A DNA stretch of 63,682 nt, filler included, from Folioceros fuciformis (taxonomy: Eukaryota), in NCBI GenBank assembly GCA_049999805.1. It is 4 parts of 3 records of this genome, joined end to end, with 100 filler letters (N's around TTAATTAATTAA, not from the genome) between each part and the next. Parts side by side here need not be neighbours in the genome. Positions count along the whole stretch, not along the records: positions 30,931 to 52,373 come from JBNGIO010005931.1; positions 52,474 to 60,718 come from JBNGIO010005934.1; 2 more parts are not named here. One strand, given 5' to 3'. The position numbers and the translations under genes were made by a program. Below, piece by piece: positions 40,101 through 52,558 of this stretch (its first letter is position 1; the number at the start of each line of letters is the position of its first letter). The notes beneath the pieces are model-generated. The model ran no database searches. It saw nothing but the letters and a program-made list of their open reading frames with translations, and was not told the origin of the DNA.

Positions 40101-42641
40101 AAACATGGCTGACTTCAGCTTAGGAACCTCCACATTCAAGGTGAACATCCGTCCAACCTTCTGTCCTTGAGCAATCAAGCGACTGCCTTTCTTGCACTCT
40201 TCAACGAAGAGTCCTGCAGGTGTAAATCTAACCTACAGTCCTTGCTCAACCATCTGCCCAAGTGACACCAAGTTCTTTGTGATGTTGGGTACGTGAAGAA
40301 CATCTACCAAGCACTTCACTTTGCCATCCTGCATCTTCAGAGGTACAATTCCTGTATGCACAATTGCATGCGTTGTGTCATCTCCAGTTTCCACATATCC
40401 AGGTTTATCAAGCACCTGCATTTCTTTGAACCACTTCCCATGGCATGTCATGTGGTTTGAAGCTCCTGAGTCCACATACCACACAATCTTACCATTGGTG
40501 GATCCATTAGCATACACAGAGTTAAGCATATGCTGCATGACAAACAAGTTGTTCGAGTCATTCTGACTGCTGCTAGAGGCATAATTGTTTTGTTGCCTCC
40601 TGCTGCCTTGATTTCTCCGTGGACAGTCTCTTTCGAAGTGGTCTAATCTACCACAAGTCCAGCAACCACTATTGTCTACATTTGCATCATTTTGTTGTTG
40701 ATTTCCACGTGCTCTTTGACTCCCCCAGCCTCGAGAATTTTCTCCTCTTCCACGTGTACTCTTGTACTGGGACTCCTAATTCTGTTGCTGATTTTGGTAG
40801 GAATTTCTACCTCTACCACCTCTTTGCCCTCTGCCAGCTTGGGCTCTACCTCTGCCTCTGCCAGAGTAGAAGGCTTGCTCAGAGTTTTCCTTAGGCTTAG
40901 AGGATGATTCCTCGCCTAGGTTTTTCTCCTCTATGATCAACATAGAGATCAGGTCTGAGAAATTGGGAATGTTTTCCCGAGTTTGTATGGAAGTCTTGAG
41001 CTGCTTATAGGCAGGTGTTAACCCGCGCAAGCAAACTTCGACCTTGTTGTCATCTTCCACATTGACACCAATGGACGCAAGGGATTCCACTATCCCTTTG
41101 ATCTTTAAGGCGTACTCATTGATTGTCAAGTTCTTCTTCATAACTGTGTTGAAGTCATTCTTCAACTGCAGTTTCCTCACCTTCGTGTTAGTCTCATAGA
41201 GTTTGACCAGCTCATCCCATGCTTCTTTGGGCGACTCTACATCCTGTATGTGCCCAATCATGGTGTCATGAATGTTGATTGACAGCCAATACATGACCTT
41301 CCGAGATCCTTGACTCCAATCCTTCAGCGCCTTAATCTGCTCCGCTGTTGCATTCCGTTCAACTACTACAAGGGATTTTTCATGCTCCCCCTCAATGTAG
41401 TCCCAATAACCCTTTCTCATAGAAAGTTTGTAAAACGAAACTTTCCAGGCATGGAAGTTGTTTTTGTCCAGCTTCTCTTGCACGATCTAGTTAATACTGT
41501 CACTAGCCATTCCTGCCACCACTCAAGCTTGACACTCGATCCTTCTTAAGTACTCATACTTGATAAATGTCTGTAAGAACCAGACTGCTTTTGACTGGAG
41601 TTTTACTCACAAGACCTTAAGTCTCTTCTTCCTTAGAGCAATCTGGTGCGGAATCACGCTGCCTTGCATGAACCAAATTGTCTCATGCTCCGTGTCCTTA
41701 CAGACTCTTGACGGTCTGCTCACGGCCTCTAGCCAAAACAACTTACGGCCTCCTGCTGATTTTGCTAGAATAAGCTCCTACGGATTTTCTAGATAAAGCT
41801 CATGTGAGATTTTCTGTCAATTCAGTCCTTGCTGCCAAGCTAGGGTTAGCACACTTTCTTGCAGATGCTGAGGCTACTACAGTTGTTGCCTCCACCTATC
41901 AGCCCTTCCACAGAGCTCCGGGGATCAACAGCCCGTCCACCAAGCCGACAGGGCCTTGTCGCCCTTCTCCTCACTTCTTGCACACACCGATATGAGAGTT
42001 AGCTTCCAGGACGCTTGTTGCCGATCTCCCTCCAAGCTGCTCCAACTCCTCGTAGCTGCTCCAGCTCCTGGTGTGCACTCTTGTTGCCTCTTGTAGCACC
42101 TCCTATGCCGATCTTACACCGCCTTCAGGTGTAGCCGCCTATGCGGATCTTGCATCGAATTCAGGTGTAGCCGCATATGCCGATCTTGCACCGCTTTCAG
42201 GTGTAGCCGCCTATGTTGATCTTGCACCGCCGTCAGGTGTAGCCGCCTATGCCGATCTTGCACCGCCTTCAGGTGTAGCCGCCTAGCTCTCTGGCTCTGG
42301 GCTACGTCTAGCAATCTAGCTCTCCGGCTCTGGGCTTCACCTGGCAATCTGGCTCTCAAGCTCGACTCCAGTCTATGTGCAAGTGTAGGAGAGGAGAGGA
42401 GAGAAGAGAGGGTGGTATTGGTGGTCACAACCAAAAACAATACAAATCACCACTGTCTTACTATGGAGGTTCAAGGTCTCCATTTAAGTAGTACATTTAG
42501 GGCTATACAACGTCCAGGTTCAATATGGGATAATCTACACTATCCTAAGTTCACTAATAACTAGAACAAATTTAGTATTAACCCAACCGAGATAACTAAC
42601 ACCACATGAGTTTAGCTCATATAGAGCTCGATAACTCAACA
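37115..42641 (-). mobile_element. Near full-length Ty1/copia element (5' LTR 42362-42641, truncated 3' LTR 37115-37223, PPT); degenerate
   Basis: Gag QEKLDKNNFHAWK, protease WYVDSGASNHMT, integrase FIDDHTRKVW/LRSDGGGEY, RT CKWVYK/HMDVKNA/TIYVDDLI, RNase H GYTDADWAG/HARTKHIEVHYHF. The PPT GAGGGGGAG abuts the 3' LTR. Confidence 0.95.
42102..42285. repeat. Tandem array of a 36-bp unit (about 5 copies) in the copia 5' leader
   Basis: Unit gccgatcttgcaccgccttcaggtgtagccgcctat repeated with a few substitutions and no spacers. Confidence 0.9.
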
Positions 42642-43397
42642 CGTTGAGTAAAAATAGCTGCTGAAATCTGGTATGGCTGCTCCATGCTGACTCCTTCATG
42701 TGACAACACTGCTGGTTGCCGCTCCTTTTGCTGAAAACCAGCAGGCATCCTAGCAAACATGCATTGCTGACGCCGGCTGTTGTCTGTTTCTTCCGCTCCC
42801 TCTTCAACATTTTCATTCTCCTCCATGGTAGGCAATTGTTGCATTCCTCTCGCATGTTGTTGTCGTGTGACAGGCATTGCTTGATGTGCTGCATACACAG
42901 GCAACACTTCTTCTTCTTCAGGCTCCTCACCATCGTCTCCTCTCCTCGCGGTCAAAGCTGCCAAGCTTCGCTGCAAAGCTTCCATATCTTCGGCCTTCAC
43001 CATCATCATTTTCTTCCCTGTAGGGACTAGCTCAGGCCTTTGCCCTGGTCATCTTGTTACGCTCCATTATAACACAAAGTTTCTCAATTGATTTCTACAT
43101 GACTTGCACTATTCCAAACCTGCCCAATTAATCATGGGCTGCATTATATCTTCTATGGGCGTGGAAACAAAAAGAGGATGGCCAGGTGACTGATAGAGTG
43201 GGGCGGTTGGAGTGCGCCAATAACAGAATCATTGGCTTTAACATCTGGAGAGGTTGCATACAAATTCAGTCGCTGCTTTGTTATTAAGAGAAGGTGAACA
43301 GACAGTCCAGTATGTAGTTCATACAATAGTGAACATGATGTGTTGGCAGAAACAGAGTAGGCTGAGTGTATCCACGTCATACTTGCGAGCAGTTGTC

Positions 43398-44003
43398 ATG
43401 GCAATGGAGAGCTTTGCAGCAGCATATCCTCTTCTTTTCCATGATGGGGAGCAAGAGCATGATAAGGGACACATTTGGATCCATTCAATGCTTACATTCA
43501 AGCGTTTCCGAGGCATTCTGTATCAAAAGATCGGGATACCATCTAACTAGTTGTCTGCAGTTTTTGTTTGTCGTGGGACATAGGATACAGAGAAGAGGCA
43601 GAAACTGCCCATCAATGAGAATACAAACTTCAACATTATATTGAATCAGCACAATCCAAGCAGGGAAAGGGACTGCCACTTCCTTGTATCAATGAAAAAG
43701 TCCAAGAAGGAAAGGAAAGGTCCCAGGAAGCGCAGTGCAGAAGCGGAGAATGCTGATGATGATGACTCAGGTTCCTCAAGAGGTGACTTGTCTCCGCCAG
43801 ATGAGCATCCCAAGTCCAACACTATCAATGATGAGAGTTCGTCGCGAGAGGCCTCATCACCAGTCTCGCCATTGCACTGGCCAACGTCTCCTGTTGTTGT
43901 CACTACAGCTCATGCTAATGGCCATAGAGCCAGTAGCAATGGGTCAACGCCCAGTGGGAAGGCAACATCAGTCGATGTGAATAAGGTTGAGAGGACTCTA
44001 TGA
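43398..44003 (+). pseudogene. Decayed copy of a plant DUF7138/EDA12-like family gene
   Basis: Reading through two TAG stops gives MAMESFAAAYPLLFHDGEQEHDKGHIWIHSMLTFKRFRGILYQKIGIPSN*LSAVFVCRGT*DTEKRQKLPINENTNFNIIL...RERDCHFLVSMKKSKKERK. This resembles the FFDGE..FK.FQ..LSQKIGI..KDC.FLV family as recalled, not searched. Confidence 0.55.
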
Positions 44004-44116
44004 TAGACTCAAACAACAGGTGTGAGATGGCAGGTGATGTTGCAACACGAGAGCCACCAGTGGAAAAGAAAAAATGGGGACAGTCATTGACTTGACTCCT
44101 CCCCTCAGGAACTCAC

Positions 44117-44931
<815 letters not shown>

Positions 44932-45172
44932 TGCTCCGCCCTTCTCGAACCCTTCTCATCTCCTATGTCTAGAGCCTAGATGCACAAGCACCCACACGAG
45001 GGCGCCAACGTTCAAATTCCAGCTCATGTGTCAGCATTACATTGCCAACAAACCATTCGTGGTTGGTATCAACAGGTGAGGCTATCTTCTTCCATGATGT
45101 AAAAGAATTTTTTTTAAGCAGCAGTAGCGCCAAGTGGGGCTTTGTTGTTATATGCATCTTTCAAAATGACTA

Positions 45173-48100
45173 TTGGAAATCGTGTGCATCCAGGCTCTAG
45201 ACACGGGAGATGAGCCAAGGGAAGTTGTTGACCAAGCAATAGGCTTGCTTCCTGAGTGGGCTACTAGGGAGGACTTCACTCGTAATACAGCTTCGCTTCA
45301 TAGCCTGGCACATTGCGAGGAAGACAACTGTCATTTCCAGGAAACGGCCTTCTTTAGCGACATGCAAGAAGGAATAGGTGAATAGTGCAATGAGGCTGCT
45401 GGCTTACATGCCATGCCCATGGCTGATGAAGCGTATGGTGACCATGTGGACTTGGAAGACTTAATGGCAGCCATAAGGTGCCCATCATGGGCAACTGCCC
45501 AAGGAAATGCTGAATTCCATGCAACAGGAATCACACCGCTGTGGGAGACGGTTGAGCCTACCAAGTGTACGGAGACACAATTGACAGCAACCTTGCTCCT
45601 TTTGTCCATTCAAATTGAGTACGGCATTGCGGACGTTGCAATGTCAGATATTTTCCAAGTGTTGGCACTGCATCTATCGCCACCAAGGAACTCACTTCCA
45701 ACCACCATGTTTCATGCTAAGAAGACTCTCTTCTCATTTGGCCCACGATATCACAAGATCCACGCATGTGTAAATGGGTGTATGCTATTTTGTGGACAGT
45801 TCAAGAACAATGACACCTGCGTCAAATGCAATGCGCTGCAGTTTGTGGAGGGTATAGGACTTCCGAATGGCACTAGACAAGCACCCCAAAAAGTGCTATG
45901 GCATTTCCCTCTGAAGGAACGGCTAGAATGCATGTTCCACTCTCCGCACATTGCACGATTAATGACCGCATGGGTGGATAACAAGAGTACGGATGGCTCG
46001 ATGGGTATTATGGCAGATACTCCAACTTGGAATGTTGTAGATGGAATTGATGGCTTTGGCAATGAACCTCGGAACATACCTTTTGGGTTGGCCACGGATG
46101 ACTTCAATCCTTTTGGACACTTATCATCTGCCTCGTCGATATGGCCTGTCATGTTATTTGTCCATAACCTTCCTCCATGGTTGAGCACAAAGGCAGATCA
46201 CGTGATAATGCCACTTATAGTTCCTGGGCCGCACATTGTTCCAAACTTTGATGTGTTCATGGAGCCACTCCTTAAGGAGCTTCGTGACATTTGGCATGGC
46301 ATTCCAATGCAAGATTTCTCGTATGCGAATGATAATCCCCGGAGGACATTCATGTTACGGGGAGCAATCCTCAACATTACAGCAGACTATCCAGGATTCG
46401 GCACAGTCACTGGTTTCCAAGTGAAGGGCAGTCGCGCGTGTATTGAATGCTGGGATGCATTGGGGTCACATTGGGCCCACAATGTGCAGAAGGAGGAATA
46501 CTTGGGTGCTCGCCGTTGGCTACCTCCTGCAGATCCCAAGCGCCGACAATACAAGGACAGGTACAATAATGAGGTTGAGCTGCGGGCCCCTCCTAGGCCG
46601 CCAACCTTTGATGCATTGATGTTGGACATGGAAAGGCGAGAAGCGGCAACAACCAGGGAGTTGAGAGTGCGAGGACTCTTTGGCACTCACAGGAGAAGTG
46701 TGTGGTTTGACTATTTGCCTTATTGGCGGCACGTGTTGAAGTGGGCACCAAGGGATGTAATGCACTTGGAGAAGAACAATGCTGAAATACTATGGCAAAC
46801 ACTCATAGGAGAAAAAGACGACTTGAAAGCCTGGCTAGACTTGATGGCATATGGTGGGAAGGCCGAGCTATGGCCGTTTGCTGACAATCCACAATTGTTT
46901 TCCCCCGCCCCCTATGTTTTGTCGAAACCAGATCTAGATCATGTGTTTGCAAATGTGGAAGCTATTCGGCTACCCACTAGGTACGCATCAAATATTGGGG
47001 CGAAACTTGCAGCAGGCAAACTTGGGATTCTCAAAGCCCATGATTGGCATATAGTGATGGAAATATTCTATCCTATCGTGCTACGGGGACACAAAAAAAC
47101 GTTAGTGTACAAAGCAATCACTGGGCTTAGCGAACTTTACCGCTGGATCTGCCAACGGAGGATTCCAGGTGATGAGGTTGGGGGGATGCAAGAAACCTGC
47201 ATCAAGGTGATGTGTGAGCTTGAGAGGGAATTTCCGCCGAGCCTATTTGACATATCAACACACTTGGTTATACACCTCGTGGGCGATATTGCAGCGTTGG
47301 GACCCGTGCATGCCCGCTGGATGTGCCTCGTTGAGCGATATTTGAGTACCAGGAAAGGCACAATCAGGCAACGTAGCAGACTGGAGGACAGCATGGCTGA
47401 GGGGTACATAAAGCAGGAATCATTGTTTTTTGCCAAAGCGTTTTTGCGCGAACACTATCCACAGTCGACACATGTCTGGGGGGAGAAAGCGGAGACGTCG
47501 TTTGCCGAGAGGCACCTAGGAATGGGGAGGCCTTACAAGATGTCGACATTCGAGTTGCACATGCTACATACTTTCATCCTCCACAACACCAAAGTGATGG
47601 ATCCCTTCCTAACCATGTTCAAGGATGAGAAAGAGCAAGGCCTGTTGGGTGGGATGTATTTTCGAACGTGGCTGCAAGTTGGGCGGAACGCAGGACGGTG
47701 GGATACTTTGTCTCTCTTCACCAATGATGTGTAGCTACTCATTGATGGGCCATCAAATGTATCGATAGCCTACAAGCATATGCTGAACAAAGGCAGTCAC
47801 CTCAGAACGCTCTCTGCGGACAAAGAGTCGAAATTAACACAAGATTGCGCCGTGTTCACGACTTATGTAATGGTCGATGACATAGTGCGGACATTCTACG
47901 GGAATGTCGAGGCCATACTAAGAGTGACTTTTAGTGGTGGCTACGAACCTGTCTTGCTCAAGGTTTGGTGGTTCGAGTGCAATCCAAACGGGAGGTCCCC
48001 TCTATTAGAGAAACCATCACGAGATTCCACTCTATACATCCTGGCCGGCATTGCTCTTACATCCCTAATGGAGTCGACACCCCGTTCATATGGCCTGAAC

Positions 48101-48204
48101 AAGTAACACAATGTGTCTTAGTACCTGACGCGTTGGCAGAGCATCGAGGCTGGGTCTTGGCTATTCCAACACCAGCACGGGCATGGAGAGTGGAAAATGA
48201 ATGA
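45173..48204 (+). mobile_element. CACTA/En-Spm transposase (TnpD/TNP2: Transposase_21, DUF4218- and DUF4216-like regions), mildly degenerate
   Basis: KIHACVNGCMLF, FGLATDDFNPFG, SIWPVML, DVFMEPLLKEL, TADYPG, DVMHLEKN, KAHDWH, FPPSLFDISTHLVIHL, GPVHARWM, SMAEGYI. In-frame TAGs at 45383 and 47732; frameshift near 48000. Confidence 0.93.
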
Positions 48205-48554
48205 TGGGAATCCAGCATTCATGATCAGATGGGCAAGTGGTGTGCGTGCTTTTGATTCCTCCCTCACAGTTGTAGTTTGGTCAATGTTCAATGACAAACA
48301 TCGAAACATGTGTGAGTAGTTTTAATTTCATTGAGAAGAAAGCACTTGCTTTTGAAACAGTTGCATTGCAAAGATGGATATGCCCACGGGATGCATCCCC
48401 TTCATTTCGTACATACCATACATGGGTAGGCATGATTACCGGCCACGTTTTGTGCATGTGAAGTTGACTTGGTTTGAAAGTGACGTGCTTGCTTATCTAA
48501 TTTGTGGCCTCATTATCCACACGTAAAAAATGATGGCCTAATTATAATAGATTC

Positions 48555-48784
48555 CTCTACATGGCATGCATGTAGGACCCGATCTCCGTGAAGTTAAGTT
48601 TGGCTCTAACTACGTGGCAGCTTTTGTGCATTAAGATAAGATGGAAGCCGAAAGGGCTTGGTGGTGACGACTTTGTGTAGGCTTGACTACTCTACATGGC
48701 ATGCATGCATGACGCAATCTCGCAAAGTTAAGTTTGGCTCTAACTTCATGGCAACTTTTGTGCAATAAGATAAGCCGGAAGGGC
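48555..48784. repeat. Two diverged ~100-bp direct repeats (48555-48657 and 48690-48784) between the CACTA ORFs
   Basis: Shared ctctacatggcatgcatg...aagttaagtttggctctaact...ttttgtgca-taagataag...aagggc. Confidence 0.8.
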
Positions 48785-49256
48785 GCACGCGCGCGAAGGT
48801 GAGAGCTTCGCTAAGGCTTAACTGTCATTCCTTCAATGGCTCCTTGTTGTGGGACGATCTCGGCCTCAAATTTCGATTTGCATGAACTTGCCAAACCTCT
48901 GCGCCAGCTCTCCCATCATGGATGCGTTTCACCTCGGCATTCAAGCTCGGACGGGCGAGTTGTGTGAGTGCTCTTGCTTTTTACCTCACATGACTAGAGT
49001 GGTGAGTGTTCATTGACGAACATGGAAACTTCAGTTGGTGGTTTTCATTTGCAGTGAGATGTAAGCATATTATATTGGATTCCATTTGCGTTCAGATGCA
49101 AGCATTGTGGAAGGTGTTTTAAATTTAGAGGCCCCCAAACCATTCTGTATGGTAGACTGCATGACGTGAATCCCCAAACCAATCTGTATGAGGTGTTGCA
49201 GGACATGACCCCCTAACCAATCTATATAGGCAATTACACGATGTGAACCCCCTAAC

Positions 49257-51150
49257 CTATGGCATGGGCATGGATAGCTGTAGGATGTGAATCTGCGGGG
49301 ATTGATGGAGCGAATCACCGAGCAGTGAGGGGGACCATTGGGCTGGAATGGTGTACACGCACGCTTGAGGGAACAAAGCACCCTGATCTGTGGCACATTG
49401 GACAAAATGGGATTGCAGTGTGGGAAGAATACAACTATGGAGGACTTTTGGTAAGGCATGAGGAGGGGAGAATATGCCTGGACTCACATGGTATGGTGTA
49501 GGAGGTTGTAGACTCCTAGCAACTTGCCCAGCAGGAAGAGGACATAGGACCGGGTCCCATCTCCCACATGGCAGCCATCCTCCATGAGTTGTGGGCGGAG
49601 AACTTTGTGGCAGCTGGTGGGAACCCCCCACAGCCACCATGTTGTTGTAGGGAGGGAGCTACGTTTGTTGTCAACACCCTTTACCACAAAGATTTGCTTA
49701 AAGAGTTGTGTGCAAAAAGGGGTGTAGACTGGGTGAGGACGAAGCTGCTGGACATGTCTAAGGTAGGAACTGCCACAAATGGCAAGGACCTTCCAAATTC
49801 TATGCCTTCATTAACATTCAGTGGGTTGACAATGCCCAGGCACAAAAAGATGATGGAGGTCATTCGCAGCAAGGCTGCAATCGAGATTCCAGGCAAGTGG
49901 AGTGAATTGCCTTCAAGTAGGCGGAAGAAATTATGCAATGATGTAGCTGATCATTCTCCTGACCTGCTTGTCAAATCAATGATAAGCGCTGAATTTAGTC
50001 AATACACTAGATCAAGAAATAGCAAGTACGTGGAGGCAGCTAAGGCCTATGCACTTGAGGAACGAAGACTCGGGAGAGAGAAGGGGGAAGCATTCAAGCC
50101 ACCGTCAGTTGATGCCAAAGTGTGGACTAACATCTTAACATGGGCTCGCGTCAAATTAAGACAGCATGGGAACTTCAAGCCATCCAAGGCATCTTTGGCT
50201 GCAAAGGCCCGCGTTCAAAAAGCGAATGACAAAGGACCCAATCCGTGGGGCCAATGTGGTCGTGCAGGTTGGGTTCACAAATTTAGGGAAAGGTTTGGAA
50301 GGGATCCTTCGGACGTAGAAGCTCAGTTTGGTTGCCTAAGGCCACTCTTAGCCATGGAAGAGGTTTGGGAAGTGCAGAAGAAGGGCCAATCTGTCCCACA
50401 ATTCATCCATGCTCTTTGATCCAAGGTAAAAAGACAACACATGGCAAGCAAGCAGATAGCCACACCTCATATATATAGGTATGTCCATTCCTCTAGCTGT
50501 TAACAATGAGGTGGACGTGGTGGCAACAGACCTAGAGCCAGAGGCGGGTGGTGAGAATGAGGAGTTAGGGAGTGAAGAACATGAAGACCACATACGTGAA
50601 GACAAGGATGCAAACCATGAAGAAGTGGCAGAAATAGATAGTGATGATTTTCGGCCCGAGCAGCCAAGGTGCGGGAGGGGAAGAAAATCTCACATTTATG
50701 GGGACAAATTCATGGAAAATCCGTCTGAACGTAGAATGACACAGGCGAGGGCCGTTGCGGTGGCAGCCGTCGACCCCAGCTTAAAGCGGAAGAAGATCAA
50801 AAGGAAATCGAGAGTTGGGTATGGCAAGGAGAAGGTATGTTGAAACGGTGTACTCAAATTTAGCAATGACAAATCATGTTTCCTTACTAGTGTTTTCCTA
50901 TAGGTGGCAACAGAGCCTGTTGAAAGTCAATCAAGTGAGGAGGAGCAAGGCCTCGAAGAGCCTGTAGTTAGTGCTGAACTTTAGAGGCGTTCGCAGAAAC
51001 CTTGAAAACCCTCCAAACCCTCGTGGCAAAAGACGAAAAAAGTGAGATGTTGCATATCCGTTCTGAGTGACAAGGTGGTCAAGTACGCATCTCGTGAATA
51101 TGACTAAGGAGAAAAGCGAAAAGTGAACCCCTCCAACCATCATACGGTGA
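49257..51150 (+). mobile_element. Second CACTA gene (TnpA/Ptta-like, spliced, degenerate)
   Basis: Downstream of TnpD on the same strand. KPPSVDAKVW...KARVQKAN..PNPWGQCGRAG..KFRERFGRDPS resembles Transposase_24. Acidic/basic tail exons have GT donors. Confidence 0.55.
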
Positions 51151-51189
51151 GTGTGGTGGGGAAAGTAAGAGGAACACGGGCCATGAATT

Positions 51190-51985
51190 TTGGAGACACG
51201 TGCAACACTAGATCTTTCTATATAGACCAGAGGGTATTTTCTATGATTGAAAAAGAGATGGAAAGTCCCATCTACTCCAAAGATTGGAGGAACAACCCCA
51301 TTAAGGCCAAAGGCAAAAAGAGGTACTCTCCTCTGCAAACATCATTTTCAAAAACTACCTACTGCTCCCAAAATGTCATGATGTGGAATAACAAAACGCC
51401 TACCTACCACCGGTGTCGAAGAAGCCGCTTGACCTGCCCTTGTTGCTGTTCTAAAAACTGCATTGGCCAATCCTCGTTGCAAAGCAATGGATACACGTTG
51501 TCGAAAGAAGGCCACCACAGAGGAAAGAGGGAGAACACCATTCCTATTCCTCTGATAAACCTTGGCGCACTCCTTGATAAACCTTGAAAAGTCCTTGCCC
51601 ATAGCTCCATGAGTCTCAAGAGCAAGGTGGATGAAAGTATGCCCGTCTTGCAAGGGAGAATACTTGTGGACTTTGGCACTTGCACAACCCTCTGCGGCCC
51701 AACCAGGGGGGTTGATGATGACGTGCTCACAAATCGAATCCCTAGTGGGATCCGTAACAACCACATCAGCAACACAAACCTGTTCTCCCCTAGTGAAGAA
51801 AAGGTCGGCTCTAAGTGAAACCCCATTGCGCAAAGTATATGGACGCTCGCTATACAGAAGAAACCCACACTCCCTAGCCATTGAGAACATGACATCCCAA
51901 ACTGCATCATGAGTGGCAATGCGGTGCCCCCCAACGGGACAACGTGCCAAATGGGACTTTGTATCGACAATGGCAACCCCACAAC
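51190..51985 (-). mobile_element. 3' end of an RLE-type non-LTR retrotransposon (CRE-clade-like)
   Basis: CGVAIVDTKSHLARC knuckle, RIATHDAV, RADL...VADVVVTDP, KVHKY, LALETHGAMG, QRVSIALQRGLA. The 5' side is cut by a copia LTR. Confidence 0.8.
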
Positions 51986-52373
51986 TGTTGAGTTATCGAG
52001 CTCTATATGAGCTAAACTCATGTGGTGTTAGTTATCCCAGTTGGGTTCATACTAGACTAGTTCTAGTTATTAGTGAACTTAGGATAATGTAGATTATCCC
52101 ATATTGAACCTGGAAGTTGTGTAGCCCTAAATGTACTACTTAAATGGAGACCTCGGACCTCCATAGTAAGACAGTGGTGATGTGTATTGTTTTCATGGTT
52201 GTGATCACCAATACCACCCTCTCTTCTCTCCTCTCCTCTCCTACACTTGCACGTAGACTGGAGTCGATCCTATTGACATGGTATCAGAGCCCGGTGCAGG
52301 CGGTGCAAGATCGGCGTAGGAGGTGCTGCAAGAGGCAGCAAGAGTGCACACCAGAAGCTAGAGCAGCTACGAG
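51986..52373 (+). mobile_element. Copia 5' LTR (51986-52278) + PBS (52279-52290) + leader; same family as 36402 and 42641
   Basis: TGTTGAG...ATTGACA followed immediately by TGGTATCAGAGC; the leader matches ~42050-42125 on the minus strand. Confidence 0.92.
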
Positions 52374-52558
52374 NNNNNNNNNNNNNNNNNNNNNNNNNNN
52401 NNNNNNNNNNNNNNNNNTTAATTAATTAANNNNNNNNNNNNNNNNNNNNNNNNNNNNNNNNNNNNNNNNNNNNTTCAACGGTCTATGTGTAGTGTACAAT
52501 GTGCAATCCACCCAAAATTCGAAGATGCCACTTCTCAGATTTTCCAGTTCATTCAAGG

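Noticed and set aside
42102..42285. CRISPR-like 36-bp repeats
   Set aside because: Contiguous tandem units with no spacers or cas genes, inside a plant retrotransposon leader.
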